Shown: positions 9,978 to 20,007 of the stretch, one piece after another | Layout of the letters: every line of letters begins with the position of its first letter | How positions within the stretch are numbered: position 1 is the stretch's first letter | From: Candidatus Omnitrophota bacterium | GTDB lineage: Bacteria > Omnitrophota > Gorgyraeia > Gygaellales > Profunditerraquicolaceae | Reading direction: 5' to 3' | Assembly: GCA_026387335.1 (NCBI GenBank) | Contig: JAPLLX010000003.1 | Location: 74,230 to 138,229 of the forward strand | Length of the DNA stretch: 64,000 nt | Position numbers and translations under genes: made by a program | The notes under the pieces: model-generated | Told to the model about the DNA's origin: nothing | What the model saw: only the letters and a program-made list of their open reading frames with translations | Databases searched by the model: none

Positions 9978-11236
9978 TCTTTTTCTCTCCAGACCTTGGC
10001 CCCTAATTTCTCCAGCTTCTCTTCAATATTTTCATATCCGCGCTCCAAATGATATATCCTGGATATGCTGGTCTTGCCTTTGGCAGCCAAGCCGGCTAAG
10101 GCTAAACAGGCGGACGCGCGTAAATCCGAAGCCATTACCGGAGCGCCGCTAAGTTCTTTTATCCCTTCAACAATAGCGTGCGGGCCTTCCCTCTGAATAT
10201 GGGCGCCCATACGGTTAAGTTCGGCGACATGCATAAACCTGTCCGGATATATTTTTTCAGTAATCACGCTTATCCCGGGCGTAACGCTCATCAGGCTCAT
10301 CATCTGGGCCTGCATATCTGTGGGAAAACCCGGATAAGGAAGCGTAGTAACGTTTATGGCTTTAAGTTCATTTTTATACCTTACATGCATAGAATTATCG
10401 GTTTTAACCAGCCCTGCTCCCGCTTCTTCCAGCCGATCAATTAACGCGCCTAAATGCTTATAAGAAACATTTTTAATCAGAATGTCTCCGCGGGTAATCA
10501 GAGCAGCTAGGATCATTGTCCCGGCTTCAATCCTATCCGGGATGATTGTATGTGTCGCGCCGTGCAGGCGCTTTACTCCCTCTATTTCAATTATAGGCGT
10601 GCCCTGGCCTTTGATCTTAGCTCCCATCTTAACCAAAAATTCCGCTAAATCCACTACTTCCGGCTCGCAGGCCGCGGATTCAATCACGGTTTTGCCATTG
10701 GCTAAAACAGCGGCCATCATCACATTATCGGTGGCCAGGACCGATGAACCGTAAACCCCGCCTAAATAAATGTGGTTACCTTTTAATTCTTGAGCCTTGG
10801 CGATTACATAACCGGACTCAATATTTATATCCGCGCCCAACGCCTTTATCCCCTTTAAATGCAGATCTACCGGCCGCACGCCGATTACGCAGCCCCCGGG
10901 AAGAGAGACCTTGGCTTTCTTAAGTTTGCCTAAAAGCGGGCCCAGGACGCAAAAAGAAGCGCGCATGGTTGAAACCAGTTTATAGTCGGCGACATAACCT
11001 GTCTTTTTAAGTGTACTTATTGAAACTATGCCTTTTTCCAGATCCGCGCTTTTACCCAAAGAACGCAATATCCTTATCATTGTATTTGTATCGCGCAGGT
11101 CCGGCACGCCTTTGATTATACAGGCATCATCCGTAAGCAGGGTTGCCGCCAATATGGGCAGGACCGCGTTCTTGGCTCCTGAGATAGTGACTTCACCCTT
11201 AAGCTTTACCCCACCTTCAATGACTAATTTATCCAT
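9974..11236 (-). CDS. murA: UDP-N-acetylglucosamine 1-carboxyvinyltransferase
   Basis: 420 aa. 'MDKLVIEGGVKLKGEVTISGAKNAVLPILAATLL' is the typical MurA N-terminus. The enolpyruvyl-transferase fold is present throughout. Confidence 0.95.
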   Translation of the reverse strand: MDKLVIEGGVKLKGEVTISGAKNAVLPILAATLLTDDACIIKGVPDLRDTNTMIRILRSLGKSADLEKGIVSISTLKKTGYVADYKLVSTMRASFCVLGPLLGKLKKAKVSLPGGCVIGVRPVDLHLKGIKALGADINIESGYVIAKAQELKGNHIYLGGVYGSSVLATDNVMMAAVLANGKTVIESAACEPEVVDLAEFLVKMGAKIKGQGTPIIEIEGVKRLHGATHTIIPDRIEAGTMILAALITRGDILIKNVSYKHLGALIDRLEEAGAGLVKTDNSMHVRYKNELKAINVTTLPYPGFPTDMQAQMMSLMSVTPGISVITEKIYPDRFMHVAELNRMGAHIQREGPHAIVEGIKELSGAPVMASDLRASACLALAGLAAKGKTSISRIYHLERGYENIEEKLEKLGAKVWREKE

Positions 11237-12014
11237 ACGCTTCTACCTTTCTGGCGACCATTACCCTCTCTATATCATTATAGTCTTGGACTACTTTTAT
11301 TATTTCCAATAATTTTTGACTGTCAAATATTTTTTCTAAATCCTTTTTTTGTTGAAAGCCGATTTCCATAATTAAGAGGCCGCTTCTCTTTAAATAACCC
11401 GCCGCCTTTAAGATTATCTTGCGGTAAAAATCCAGGCCGTCGCTCCCGCCGTCTAATGCCACCTTTGGCTCAAATTGCAGCTGCGGCTGTAATTTTCTTA
11501 TCTGGTCTTCTGCTATATAAGGCGGATTACTGACAATAATACCATATTCTTTATATTCTAACTTATCAAATAAATCACTCCTGATAAAATTAATCTTGGC
11601 GGCGTGGAGCAAGGCATTCTCTTTGGCCACGCTTAAAGCCTCTGGCGCTATATCACTGGCATCTATTTCTAAATCCTTCAAATATTTAGCTAAAGCTACC
11701 GCGATACAACCTGAACCTGTCCCCAGGTCCAAAACTCTTGTAGGATTTTCTCGGTTAGCATATTCTATCGCTGTCTCTACGAGCCTCTCCGTCTCCGGCC
11801 TGGGAATAAGAACATTTCTATTAACCTTTAGCTCCAAGCCCATAAATTCGGTCTTTCCCAATATATACTGTATGGGCTCGCCTTTTATCCTTCTACTTAA
11901 AGCCGAAGAGATAAAAGCCGCGTCTTTACGGCTTAAACATTTATCTTTATTCAGGTATAAATCTACCCTCTGGCAACCCAGGCAATCGCTAAATAATAAT
12001 TCCGCTTCGTTCAT
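11229..12014 (-). CDS. prmC: Release-factor glutamine N5-methyltransferase
   Basis: 261 aa. It has the SAM-binding 'VLDLGTGSGCIA' and the catalytic 'NPPY' motif. It lies directly downstream of prfA, as in most bacteria. Confidence 0.85.
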   Translation of the reverse strand: MNEAELLFSDCLGCQRVDLYLNKDKCLSRKDAAFISSALSRRIKGEPIQYILGKTEFMGLELKVNRNVLIPRPETERLVETAIEYANRENPTRVLDLGTGSGCIAVALAKYLKDLEIDASDIAPEALSVAKENALLHAAKINFIRSDLFDKLEYKEYGIIVSNPPYIAEDQIRKLQPQLQFEPKVALDGGSDGLDFYRKIILKAAGYLKRSGLLIMEIGFQQKKDLEKIFDSQKLLEIIKVVQDYNDIERVMVARKVEAYG

Positions 12015-13075
12015 CAGCTCTTTTCTTTCCGCTCTTTTTCCGCTTTAATCAAGGCTTCCGATATTTCGTCAAATCCGCCTTCTAGCACTGCTTCCAATTG
12101 ATGAATAGTAAAATTTATACGATGATCCGTAACCCGCCGGTCAGGAAAATTATAAGTGCGTATTTTTTCGCTGCGGTCCCCGGAGCCGATCTGGGATTTT
12201 CTCTCCCGTGATAACCTCTTGGACTCTGCCTCTTTTTTAGCGTCTAAAAGTTTGGCCCGTAAAATGCGCATCGCCTTGTTTTTATTTTTTAGCTGCGAGC
12301 GCTCATCCTGGCAGGCAACCACAACGTTAGTAGGTATATGGGTGATCCTGACTGCCGAGTCGGTCTTTTGCATATGCTGGCCGCCCGGGCCGCTGGAACG
12401 GTAAGTATCGATCCTTAAATCCGACGGCTCAATCACTAAATCCACTTCTTCCGGTTCAACTAAGACCGCGACTGTGGCGGTTGAGGTATGGATCCTTCCC
12501 TGGGCCTCTGTTGTAGGGACACGCTGCACGCGATGCACGCCGCTCTCAAACTTCAGCCGGCTATAGGCGTCTTTGCCTTTTACGCTGAAAGCTACTTCTT
12601 TAAAACCCCCGGATTCGTTAGTGGCAGCGAACATCAGTTCAACTGACCAACCCTTGTTTGCCGCGTATTTGGTGTACATACGGTAAAGGTCAGCGGCAAA
12701 TAAACCCGCTTCATCTCCTCCTGTACCCTGACGTATTTCTACGATAATATCGCGGCCGGCATCTTTATCTTTTTCAATAAAGCCTTCTCTTATTTTTTCT
12801 TCTAAAGCCTTAAGCTTGGGTCTTAACTCGGCAAGCTCTTTTTTAGCCAACTCCAGGTATTCTTTATCGTGCTTCTCCCCCAGCGCAGCCTCCATCTCCT
12901 GGATTTCTTTTAAGACGCGCTTTTGCTCGCGGTATAAAGCAACCGGCTCCCGGATATCCGAAAGCTCCTTGGCCAGTTTATTGGATTTCTCGCGGTCAGC
13001 GAGGGTCTCCGGAGAGCTTAAAAGCTGCTCCAGCTCAATATAGCGTTCTTCAAGTTTTTTTAACTTTTCGAGCAT
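12014..13075 (-). CDS. prfA: Peptide chain release factor 1
   Basis: 353 aa with the GGQ motif ('SGPGGQHMQKT') and a PxT tripeptide-anticodon region ('RVPTTE'), which indicates RF1 rather than RF2. Confidence 0.95.
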   Translation of the reverse strand: MLEKLKKLEERYIELEQLLSSPETLADREKSNKLAKELSDIREPVALYREQKRVLKEIQEMEAALGEKHDKEYLELAKKELAELRPKLKALEEKIREGFIEKDKDAGRDIIVEIRQGTGGDEAGLFAADLYRMYTKYAANKGWSVELMFAATNESGGFKEVAFSVKGKDAYSRLKFESGVHRVQRVPTTEAQGRIHTSTATVAVLVEPEEVDLVIEPSDLRIDTYRSSGPGGQHMQKTDSAVRITHIPTNVVVACQDERSQLKNKNKAMRILRAKLLDAKKEAESKRLSRERKSQIGSGDRSEKIRTYNFPDRRVTDHRINFTIHQLEAVLEGGFDEISEALIKAEKERKEKS

Positions 13076-13103
13076 CGCACTGTTTCCTATTTTACCCTAA
13101 GTC

Positions 13104-13355
13104 TTACGCTTTTTGCTTCTTGGCGTATTTCTTAATAAACTTATCCACGCGGCCGGCGGAATCCACAAACTTCTGTTTGCCGGTAAAAAACGGATGACAC
13201 TTGGAACAGATCTCCACTCTGATAGCAGGTTTAGTGGAACGGGTATGCACAGTCTCTCCGCAAGCGCAAATAATCGTAGCTTCTTTGTAGTTCGGATGTA
13301 TCTTGTCTTTCATTTTCCCCTCTCCTTTTTGTGTACGGACACAACACCCGCGCAA
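13104..13355 (-). CDS. rpmE: 50S ribosomal protein L31 (zinc-binding type)
   Basis: It contains 'IHPNY...CACGE...[10 protein letters not shown]', the L31 type A signature. The probable true start is the internal MKDKIHP (about 13313). The track start carries an upstream extension. Confidence 0.85.
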   Translation of the reverse strand: MRGCCVRTQKGEGKMKDKIHPNYKEATIICACGETVHTRSTKPAIRVEICSKCHPFFTGKQKFVDSAGRVDKFIKKYAKKQKA

Positions 13356-13377
13356 CTCCGATTAGCGCGGGGTGCTT

Positions 13378-14634
13378 TTATTGGTTCATACTGTTTAAAA
13401 ACTCTTCGTTGTTCTTGGTTTTACTTAATTTCTCGATCAGAAGCTCCATCGCCTCCACATTATTCAATTCATTGAGCACCTTCCTTAGAATCCAGGTTTT
13501 CTGCAATACATCCGGCTTGACCAACAGCTCTTCATGACGGGTATTTGAGCGCTTGATATCAATCGCCGGATAAATCCTGCGTTGGAAGAGGTTCCGGTCA
13601 AGCTGGGTCTCCATATTTCCCGTACCTTTAAATTCTTCAAAAATAACTTCATCCATCCGGCTGCCGGTGTCAACTAACGCGGTGGCGATAATGGTCAGGC
13701 TGCCGCCTTCTTCAACCGCGCGCGCCGCGCCAAAGAATCTTTTAGGTTTCTGTAAAGCATTGGAATCAATACCGCCGGAAAGAACCTTACCGCTATGCGG
13801 GACAACCGCGTTATAAGCGCGGGCCAAACGCGTAATACTATCCAGCAATACTACCACATCTCTTTTATGCTCCACCAGCCGCTTGGCTTTTTCCAGGACA
13901 ATTTCGGCTACCTGGATATGCCTCTCCGGTGGTTCATCAAAAGTAGAAGAGATGACTTCGCCTCTAACGTGGCGCTGCATATCGGTGACTTCTTCCGGGC
14001 GTTCGTCGATCAAAAGGACGATCAAAACCACATCCGGCGTGTTCGTGGTTATGGCATTGGCGATCTTCTGTAAAAGCACAGTCTTCCCGCTATAAGGCTG
14101 GGCGACGATCAGGCCGCGCTGCCCCTTACCGATAGGCGCCAGCAAATTCATTATGCGCATGGATATTTCATCGGGTTTAGTCTCCAGGCTAAATGCCTCT
14201 TTAGGATAAACCGGCGTAAGGTTGTCAAAAAGGACCTTCTCCTTTACCTCCTCGGGATTCTCAAAATTCACCGCCTCCACCTTAAGCAGAGCAAAATATT
14301 TTTCACCCTCTTTAGGCGGCCGGATCTGGCCGGAAACCGTATCTCCCGTCCTTAAATCAAATTTTCTTATCTGCGACGGCGAAATATAGATATCGTCCGG
14401 ACAGGGAAGATAATTGTAATTCGGGCTTCTTAAAAAACCGAAACCCTCCGGGAGGATCTCTAAGACCCCCTCGCCGAACATCAATCCTTCTTTTTCCGCC
14501 TGCGCCTGCAAAATCTTAAAAATCAAATCCTGTTTCTTCAGGCCGCTGGTGCCGTTGGCGTTAAGCTCTTTAGCCAGTTTATTTAATTCGCTGATCTTCA
14601 TTTCTTTTAGATTTTTTATATCTAACTTTTCCAC
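13378..14634 (-). CDS. rho: Transcription termination factor Rho
   Basis: 418 aa. It has an N-terminal OB-fold RNA-binding region and the RecA-like ATPase with Walker A 'GKTVLLQ'. Typical Rho length and motifs. Confidence 0.95.
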   Translation of the reverse strand: MEKLDIKNLKEMKISELNKLAKELNANGTSGLKKQDLIFKILQAQAEKEGLMFGEGVLEILPEGFGFLRSPNYNYLPCPDDIYISPSQIRKFDLRTGDTVSGQIRPPKEGEKYFALLKVEAVNFENPEEVKEKVLFDNLTPVYPKEAFSLETKPDEISMRIMNLLAPIGKGQRGLIVAQPYSGKTVLLQKIANAITTNTPDVVLIVLLIDERPEEVTDMQRHVRGEVISSTFDEPPERHIQVAEIVLEKAKRLVEHKRDVVVLLDSITRLARAYNAVVPHSGKVLSGGIDSNALQKPKRFFGAARAVEEGGSLTIIATALVDTGSRMDEVIFEEFKGTGNMETQLDRNLFQRRIYPAIDIKRSNTRHEELLVKPDVLQKTWILRKVLNELNNVEAMELLIEKLSKTKNNEEFLNSMNQ

Positions 14635-15236
14635 AACTTCCTCCTTATTTCTTCAACTTGTTTTCGGGTTTCTTTTAATGTACCGCTATTATCTATTCTA
14701 AAATTCGCAACGCGTAACTTCATTTTCTGCGAAATCTGAGATTTTATCCTCTTTAAGATATCCGCCCTGCTTAACGCTGTCTTCTTAAGCAACCGCTTTA
14801 ATTGCCTATTTTTTCCCGCGGTTACCACGACCAACTTATCTACCCTCTTTCTTAACCCCGCCTCCAGCAATAAAGGCGCGTCCAAAATGATTACTCCTTT
14901 CTTTAGGCTGCCGATCTTCTTTTTGATCACCCGTATTACTTCGGGATGAATTAGACTGTTTAATTTTTTGAGCTTACTTTCATCGTTAAAAACTATTTTT
15001 CCAAGAATGCCCCGGTCGATCTCCTTATTTTTTCCAATGACTTGCGGGCCAAACGCCAAGATCACTTTTTTATAAATCCTGCTTCCGCGTTTTAAGCAAC
15101 TGTGCGCTATTTTATCGGCATCAATGATCTTAGCGCCGAAAGAGGCAAAAATACCGGCTACAGCGCTTTTACCGCTTCCGAAACTTCCGGTAAGCCCGAT
15201 TATAATCTTATTATTTTTTGGCTTTTGCCTTGGCAT
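14622..15236 (-). CDS. coaE: Dephospho-CoA kinase
   Basis: 204 aa with the N-terminal P-loop '[12 protein letters not shown]'. Confidence 0.85.
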   Translation of the reverse strand: MPRQKPKNNKIIIGLTGSFGSGKSAVAGIFASFGAKIIDADKIAHSCLKRGSRIYKKVILAFGPQVIGKNKEIDRGILGKIVFNDESKLKKLNSLIHPEVIRVIKKKIGSLKKGVIILDAPLLLEAGLRKRVDKLVVVTAGKNRQLKRLLKKTALSRADILKRIKSQISQKMKLRVANFRIDNSGTLKETRKQVEEIRRKLWKS

Positions 15237-16626
15237 ACAAGTCTAAATACTTTTTGGCCGATGCCTCCCACGAAAAATTACATTTCATGGCTTTTTTAAC
15301 CAGCGCGCTCCAGCCGGCCTTATCCTTAAACGCGTCCAGCGCTTTCCTTATTGTCTTAACCAGCCGTATCCTGGAATAACTGTCAAAGATAAATCCGTTC
15401 TCTGAATTTACCGTGTCCGCCAAACCTCCTGTTTTAAAGACCAACGGGATAGTCCCGTACCTTAAGCTGATTAACTGGCCCAGGCCGCAAGGCTCATATC
15501 TGGAAGGCATAATAAATATATCGCTTCCGGCGTAAATCTTATGCGCCAGCGTATCATCAAATTTTAAGGCTAAAGATATTACTTTAGGGTATTTAGCGAC
15601 CATACTTTGCATGACCTCATGGTATTTTATATCGCCTGTCCCTAAAATTACCATCTGGATATTCATCTTGCATATCTCGTCAATTCCTTCAGCGAGGATA
15701 TCAAAACCTTTTTGCTCGGCTAACCTGGAAACAATCCCGAGTAACGGCACGTCTTTCTTTAAGGGAAGTTTACAGAGCGCCTGGAGGTCCTCTTTATCCT
15801 TAGCTTTACCCTCCGGAGAATCCGCGGAGAAATTCTTAGCAATAAATTTGTCGGATTGAGGATCCCAGATATCGTAATCCAGGCCGTTTAATATACCGAA
15901 AACAGAATTCCGGCGTTTATTCAATACCCCTTCTAAACCAAACCCGAATTCTTTAGTTTGAATCTCCTTAGCGTAGGTCGGGCTGACCGTATTAATGATA
16001 TCGGAAAAAATCATCCCGCCCTTAAGTATGTTCACCTGGCCGTAAAATTCCAGGCCTTCCATACTAAAAAGGCTCCAGTCCAGGCCCAGCTTCCCAAATT
16101 CATCCTTGGGGAAAAGCCCCTGGTAGCCGATATTATGTATTGTCAGGATCGTGCGTATATTTTTATAGAACGGGTCTTTGGCGTAAATCGTTTTTAAGAA
16201 TACCGGGACCAGCGCTGACTGCCAGTCGTGGCAATGGATAATATCCGGCTTAAAATTGATCTCTTTTAATAAATCCAGGGATTTCCTGCAGTAATAAGAA
16301 AAGCGGTCTAAATTATCTTTATGGTCGCCGTTCTTGTCTCCGTACAGGCCGTCGCGGTCAAATAAATCTGCGTTTTCAATAAAATAAACTTTAATATTTT
16401 TTCCTAAGACTCCGCTTAAAACTCCGTTCTTAGATGGTTTAAGATTAAATTTAGCTGCGTCTATCGCTTTATAACGCGGCATGATTATAATGATTTCCTG
16501 GTTTTCCTTCTCCAGGGCCAACGGCAGGGCTCCGGCTACATCCGCTAACCCGCCGGTCTTCGCAAACGGAACCACCTCTGACGCGCACATTACTATCTTC
16601 ATTTTACTTCCTCCATTTCCAGCCAA
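15211..16626 (-). CDS. glgA: Glycogen synthase (GT5, ADP-glucose type)
   Basis: 471 aa. 'MKIVMCASEVVPFAKTGGLADV' and 'KTGGLADTV' are the GlgA signature KTGGL motifs. Confidence 0.85.
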   Translation of the reverse strand: MAGNGGSKMKIVMCASEVVPFAKTGGLADVAGALPLALEKENQEIIIIMPRYKAIDAAKFNLKPSKNGVLSGVLGKNIKVYFIENADLFDRDGLYGDKNGDHKDNLDRFSYYCRKSLDLLKEINFKPDIIHCHDWQSALVPVFLKTIYAKDPFYKNIRTILTIHNIGYQGLFPKDEFGKLGLDWSLFSMEGLEFYGQVNILKGGMIFSDIINTVSPTYAKEIQTKEFGFGLEGVLNKRRNSVFGILNGLDYDIWDPQSDKFIAKNFSADSPEGKAKDKEDLQALCKLPLKKDVPLLGIVSRLAEQKGFDILAEGIDEICKMNIQMVILGTGDIKYHEVMQSMVAKYPKVISLALKFDDTLAHKIYAGSDIFIMPSRYEPCGLGQLISLRYGTIPLVFKTGGLADTVNSENGFIFDSYSRIRLVKTIRKALDAFKDKAGWSALVKKAMKCNFSWEASAKKYLDLYAKAKAKK

Positions 16627-19139
16627 TTATGACCCTTCTTTATATCCACTTTCACCGGGACATTAAGTTTTAAAGCGTTCTCCATCCTCTCCCGGACCAA
16701 CCCCGCCAAAGCAGGCAATTCATCTTTGGGTAAATCAAATAAAAGTTCATCATGGATCTGCAGGGCCATCCGCGATTTAAGCTCTTTCTTTTTAATCTCT
16801 CGGTCTATCGCGATCATGGCCAACTTGATTAAATCCGAAGCCGAGCCCTGTATGGGCGTATTCACGGCCTGCCGCTCGGCAAATTGCCTTACCGCCTGAT
16901 TTTTACTGTTTATCTGCGGCAGATACCTTCTCCTGCCCAACATCGTGGTGACGAAACCTTCTTTTTTAGCCTGGGCGATCTGGCTATCTATATATTTTTT
17001 AACTCCCGGATAACGGGAAAAATAAGCGTCAATAAAACTTTGCGCGTCTTCGAACGGAATACCTAGATCCTTGCTCAAGCCGTAAGAAGTAAGCCCGTAG
17101 ACAATACCGAAATTCACGCGTTTGGCCCGGTCGCGCATTTCACTGTTCACTTCTTTTTCCTCTACGCCATAGATCAGGGCGGCAGTCGCTTTATGTATAT
17201 CCAGGCCCCGCCTAAAAGCGGAAACCAGATTCTCATCTTCGCTTAAATGCGCCAAAATCCTTAAGTCAATCTGCGAATAATCGCAGGAGATAAGACAATT
17301 TTCTTTTCCGCCCGCGATAATGGCCTTGCGGATCTTAGAGCCTATCTCGGTCTTGATCGGTATATTCTGCAAGTTCGGATTGCTGGAACTTAAGCGCCCG
17401 GTTTCAGTAGCCGCCTGATTAAAAGAAGTATGCAGCCTGGCTGTCTTAGGGTCGGCTAATTCCAAAAGGGCATCAATATAAGTAGTTTTGAGTTTAGTCA
17501 GCTGACGGTATTCCAGCAACAACGCCGGAAGCTTATGTTTAGCGCAGAGCTTATTTAAAACATCTTCATCGGTTGAAGGCCCGGTCTTAGTCTTCTTGAT
17601 CACCGGCAGTTTTAACTCATCAAAAAGGACTACTCTTAATTGTTTAGGCGAATTAATATTAAACTCGGACCCGCTGGTTTTATAAATATCTTTGACCAGT
17701 TTAGTTAATTTCTCCTCTAATTCCAGCGAAAGCGATTTTAATAATTTTAGGTCCAGCTTTATACCCCACAGCTCCATACCGGCGAGCACCTCGGCCAAAG
17801 GCATCTCCGTATCGTAAAAAAGCTTATCCGCTTTCTTCTTATTCAACTCGACTTCCAGCTTCGGCTTTAAATCTTTGATCAGGCTTAAGGCTTCCGGAGG
17901 ACTGAATAATTTCCCGTGAGGAAATTTATCCAGATAATCTGAAGCAATAGCCTCTAAAGTATAACTGCCCTGAGAAGGATTTAAAACATAGGCGGCCAGC
18001 ATTGTATCAAAATACAAACCTTCCAGGCTAAAATCATTTTTAGCTAAAGATACTTTGAGTTTCTTAAGGTCATGGCTTATTTTTCTTATCTTAGGGTCAG
18101 CTAAAATATTTTTTAATCCGGGGTTATCCTTCTCCAAACGCAGGATTTTTCCTCCCTGATCAAAAACTAGATTATCCGGGCTATCCCCATAGAGAAACAG
18201 GTCTTCCTTAGATGCAATAAATTTCTTCAGATCTTTTTCACTCCACTCTTCTATTTTGATATCCGCGGCCGTAGCGTCTCCCAAATTCAATTCTTTTAAG
18301 AACTTCTTAAATTCCAGATGTTTGAATAAGCGGGCCAGTTCTTTAGCCTTAGCTTCGCCTATTTTAAGGTCTTGCGGGCTAAAATCCAGTTTTACGTCAT
18401 CCACCAATAGCGCCAGTTCTTTATTTAATTTTATCTGTTTAATATTTTCTTTTAGCGTTGCCCTTATCTTATCTTTCTTTATTTTTTCCGGGTCAGCCAA
18501 CAAATTATCCAGCGAACCAAATTCGCTGATCAGGCCTAAAGCGGTCTTCTCTCCGATCCCGGGTATTCCGGGTATATTATCCGCCGTATCGCCCATCAGG
18601 CTGATGACATCAGGGACTTGCGACGGTTTTACTCCGAAGCGCTGTAAAACCATTTTCTCGTCATAAGTTATCCCTTCATCCTTATACGGGCTATAAACCT
18701 CGATGTCCTTATCCACTAATTGTAATATATCTTTATCCGAACTGATGATCACGGTATGCATGCCTTTGGCCTGGGCTTCTTTGGCTAGAGTCGCGATCAC
18801 ATCATCCGCTTCATAACCGGCCTTTTCCAAAATCTTGATCCCGTAATTAGAAATTATCTCCTTAATAAAAGGGATCTGCGAAGAGAGGTCATCCGGCATC
18901 GGCGGCCGCTGGATCTTGTATTCAGCGAACTTTTTGGCCCGGAAAGTATCCCGGGAAACATCAAAACAAGCTGCCAGGTATTCCGGCTTATTCTCTTTTA
19001 ATAATTTATTTAATATATTTATAAAACCGTAAATAGCGCCGCTGGGCTGGCCAAAAGTTGTGCTTAACCCCCTTATCGCGTAAAACGCGCGATAGCAAAA
19101 AGCTGTCGCGTCTATCAGGTATAATCTATTTTTATTCAT
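16599..19139 (-). CDS. polA: DNA polymerase I
   Basis: 846 aa. It has an N-terminal 5'-3' exonuclease (FEN-like), a central region and a C-terminal family A polymerase palm with 'DYSQIDLRILAHLS' (motif A) and 'RRxAKxxNFGxxYG' (motif B). Confidence 0.95.
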   Translation of the reverse strand: MNKNRLYLIDATAFCYRAFYAIRGLSTTFGQPSGAIYGFINILNKLLKENKPEYLAACFDVSRDTFRAKKFAEYKIQRPPMPDDLSSQIPFIKEIISNYGIKILEKAGYEADDVIATLAKEAQAKGMHTVIISSDKDILQLVDKDIEVYSPYKDEGITYDEKMVLQRFGVKPSQVPDVISLMGDTADNIPGIPGIGEKTALGLISEFGSLDNLLADPEKIKKDKIRATLKENIKQIKLNKELALLVDDVKLDFSPQDLKIGEAKAKELARLFKHLEFKKFLKELNLGDATAADIKIEEWSEKDLKKFIASKEDLFLYGDSPDNLVFDQGGKILRLEKDNPGLKNILADPKIRKISHDLKKLKVSLAKNDFSLEGLYFDTMLAAYVLNPSQGSYTLEAIASDYLDKFPHGKLFSPPEALSLIKDLKPKLEVELNKKKADKLFYDTEMPLAEVLAGMELWGIKLDLKLLKSLSLELEEKLTKLVKDIYKTSGSEFNINSPKQLRVVLFDELKLPVIKKTKTGPSTDEDVLNKLCAKHKLPALLLEYRQLTKLKTTYIDALLELADPKTARLHTSFNQAATETGRLSSSNPNLQNIPIKTEIGSKIRKAIIAGGKENCLISCDYSQIDLRILAHLSEDENLVSAFRRGLDIHKATAALIYGVEEKEVNSEMRDRAKRVNFGIVYGLTSYGLSKDLGIPFEDAQSFIDAYFSRYPGVKKYIDSQIAQAKKEGFVTTMLGRRRYLPQINSKNQAVRQFAERQAVNTPIQGSASDLIKLAMIAIDREIKKKELKSRMALQIHDELLFDLPKDELPALAGLVRERMENALKLNVPVKVDIKKGHNWLEMEEVK

Positions 19140-19195
19140 TATTAGAATAATTGGAATTCAATTTTGGCAGGAAAACTCTGCTTTTTTCTGGTCTC

Positions 19196-19933
19196 TTATC
19201 TTGCTCTCGCCTTGGCCTGGATCTGCTTCTCCACAAAATCTTCCGCTTCCTTATTCGAAGAGTCCAGATATTGAGCGTCCAACGCCCCGGTTATGGCTTT
19301 AGGATAATCCTTTTTACCGTAATTAATCTTGGCTTCTTTAATCTTCTTAGCGGCCAGGTCCTGGCTACTCAGCCTTGAGGAGAATTTATCATTAGTAACT
19401 TCGCGCATCAAGTCCACAATATCGCTTTTGCGCATCTGCTTTCCGGGATCCGGGGACAAAGAAAGCTGTATATCTTCTATGCGCTGCTGGGCCTTGAATG
19501 TCCAGGGGTCATTCTCATCCCCTAATTCCACTCTTCTCTTCCAATAATAAGCGGCATTAGCTAAATCCCGCTTACTTTCATAAAAAAGAGCGAGGTTGCT
19601 GTAGGCGCCTAAGAAGCAGGGGTCGATCTTTATGACCTGCAGATAGCTCTCTTCCGCCCTATCCGGCATATCATAAGCTTCATAAATTATACCCAAGTCA
19701 TTATAGGCATCCGGATATGTTGGATCAGCCTCTATCGCTTTTTGATATGATTTCAAGGCGTTTTCCAGATCGCCTAATTCCTGAAGCTTTAAGCCTTCGC
19801 TGCGGTATTCCCTGGCCTGCTCCTGCATCCCGCTTAACTCATTCTGTTTATCGTTGTCAACCTTATCTGCGGCAAAGAGATAGGCAGTAAACGCGAATAT
19901 AAAACAATTGACTATTAGGGTTGTCTTCTTCAA
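19196..19933 (-). CDS. Secreted tetratricopeptide-repeat (TPR) protein
   Basis: 245 aa with an N-terminal signal-like hydrophobic segment followed by several TPR-like repeats (AxxYxxLG..Y, 'AYNDLGIIYEA', 'AYSNLALFYES'). Confidence 0.6.
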   Translation of the reverse strand: MKKTTLIVNCFIFAFTAYLFAADKVDNDKQNELSGMQEQAREYRSEGLKLQELGDLENALKSYQKAIEADPTYPDAYNDLGIIYEAYDMPDRAEESYLQVIKIDPCFLGAYSNLALFYESKRDLANAAYYWKRRVELGDENDPWTFKAQQRIEDIQLSLSPDPGKQMRKSDIVDLMREVTNDKFSSRLSSQDLAAKKIKEAKINYGKKDYPKAITGALDAQYLDSSNKEAEDFVEKQIQAKARAR

Positions 19934-20007
19934 GTTTTCTTTGAGGAATTTGATTGGTATGTACCAGTTGTTATTATATACGCTAAATACCGCGCGTCAA
20001 GAAAAAT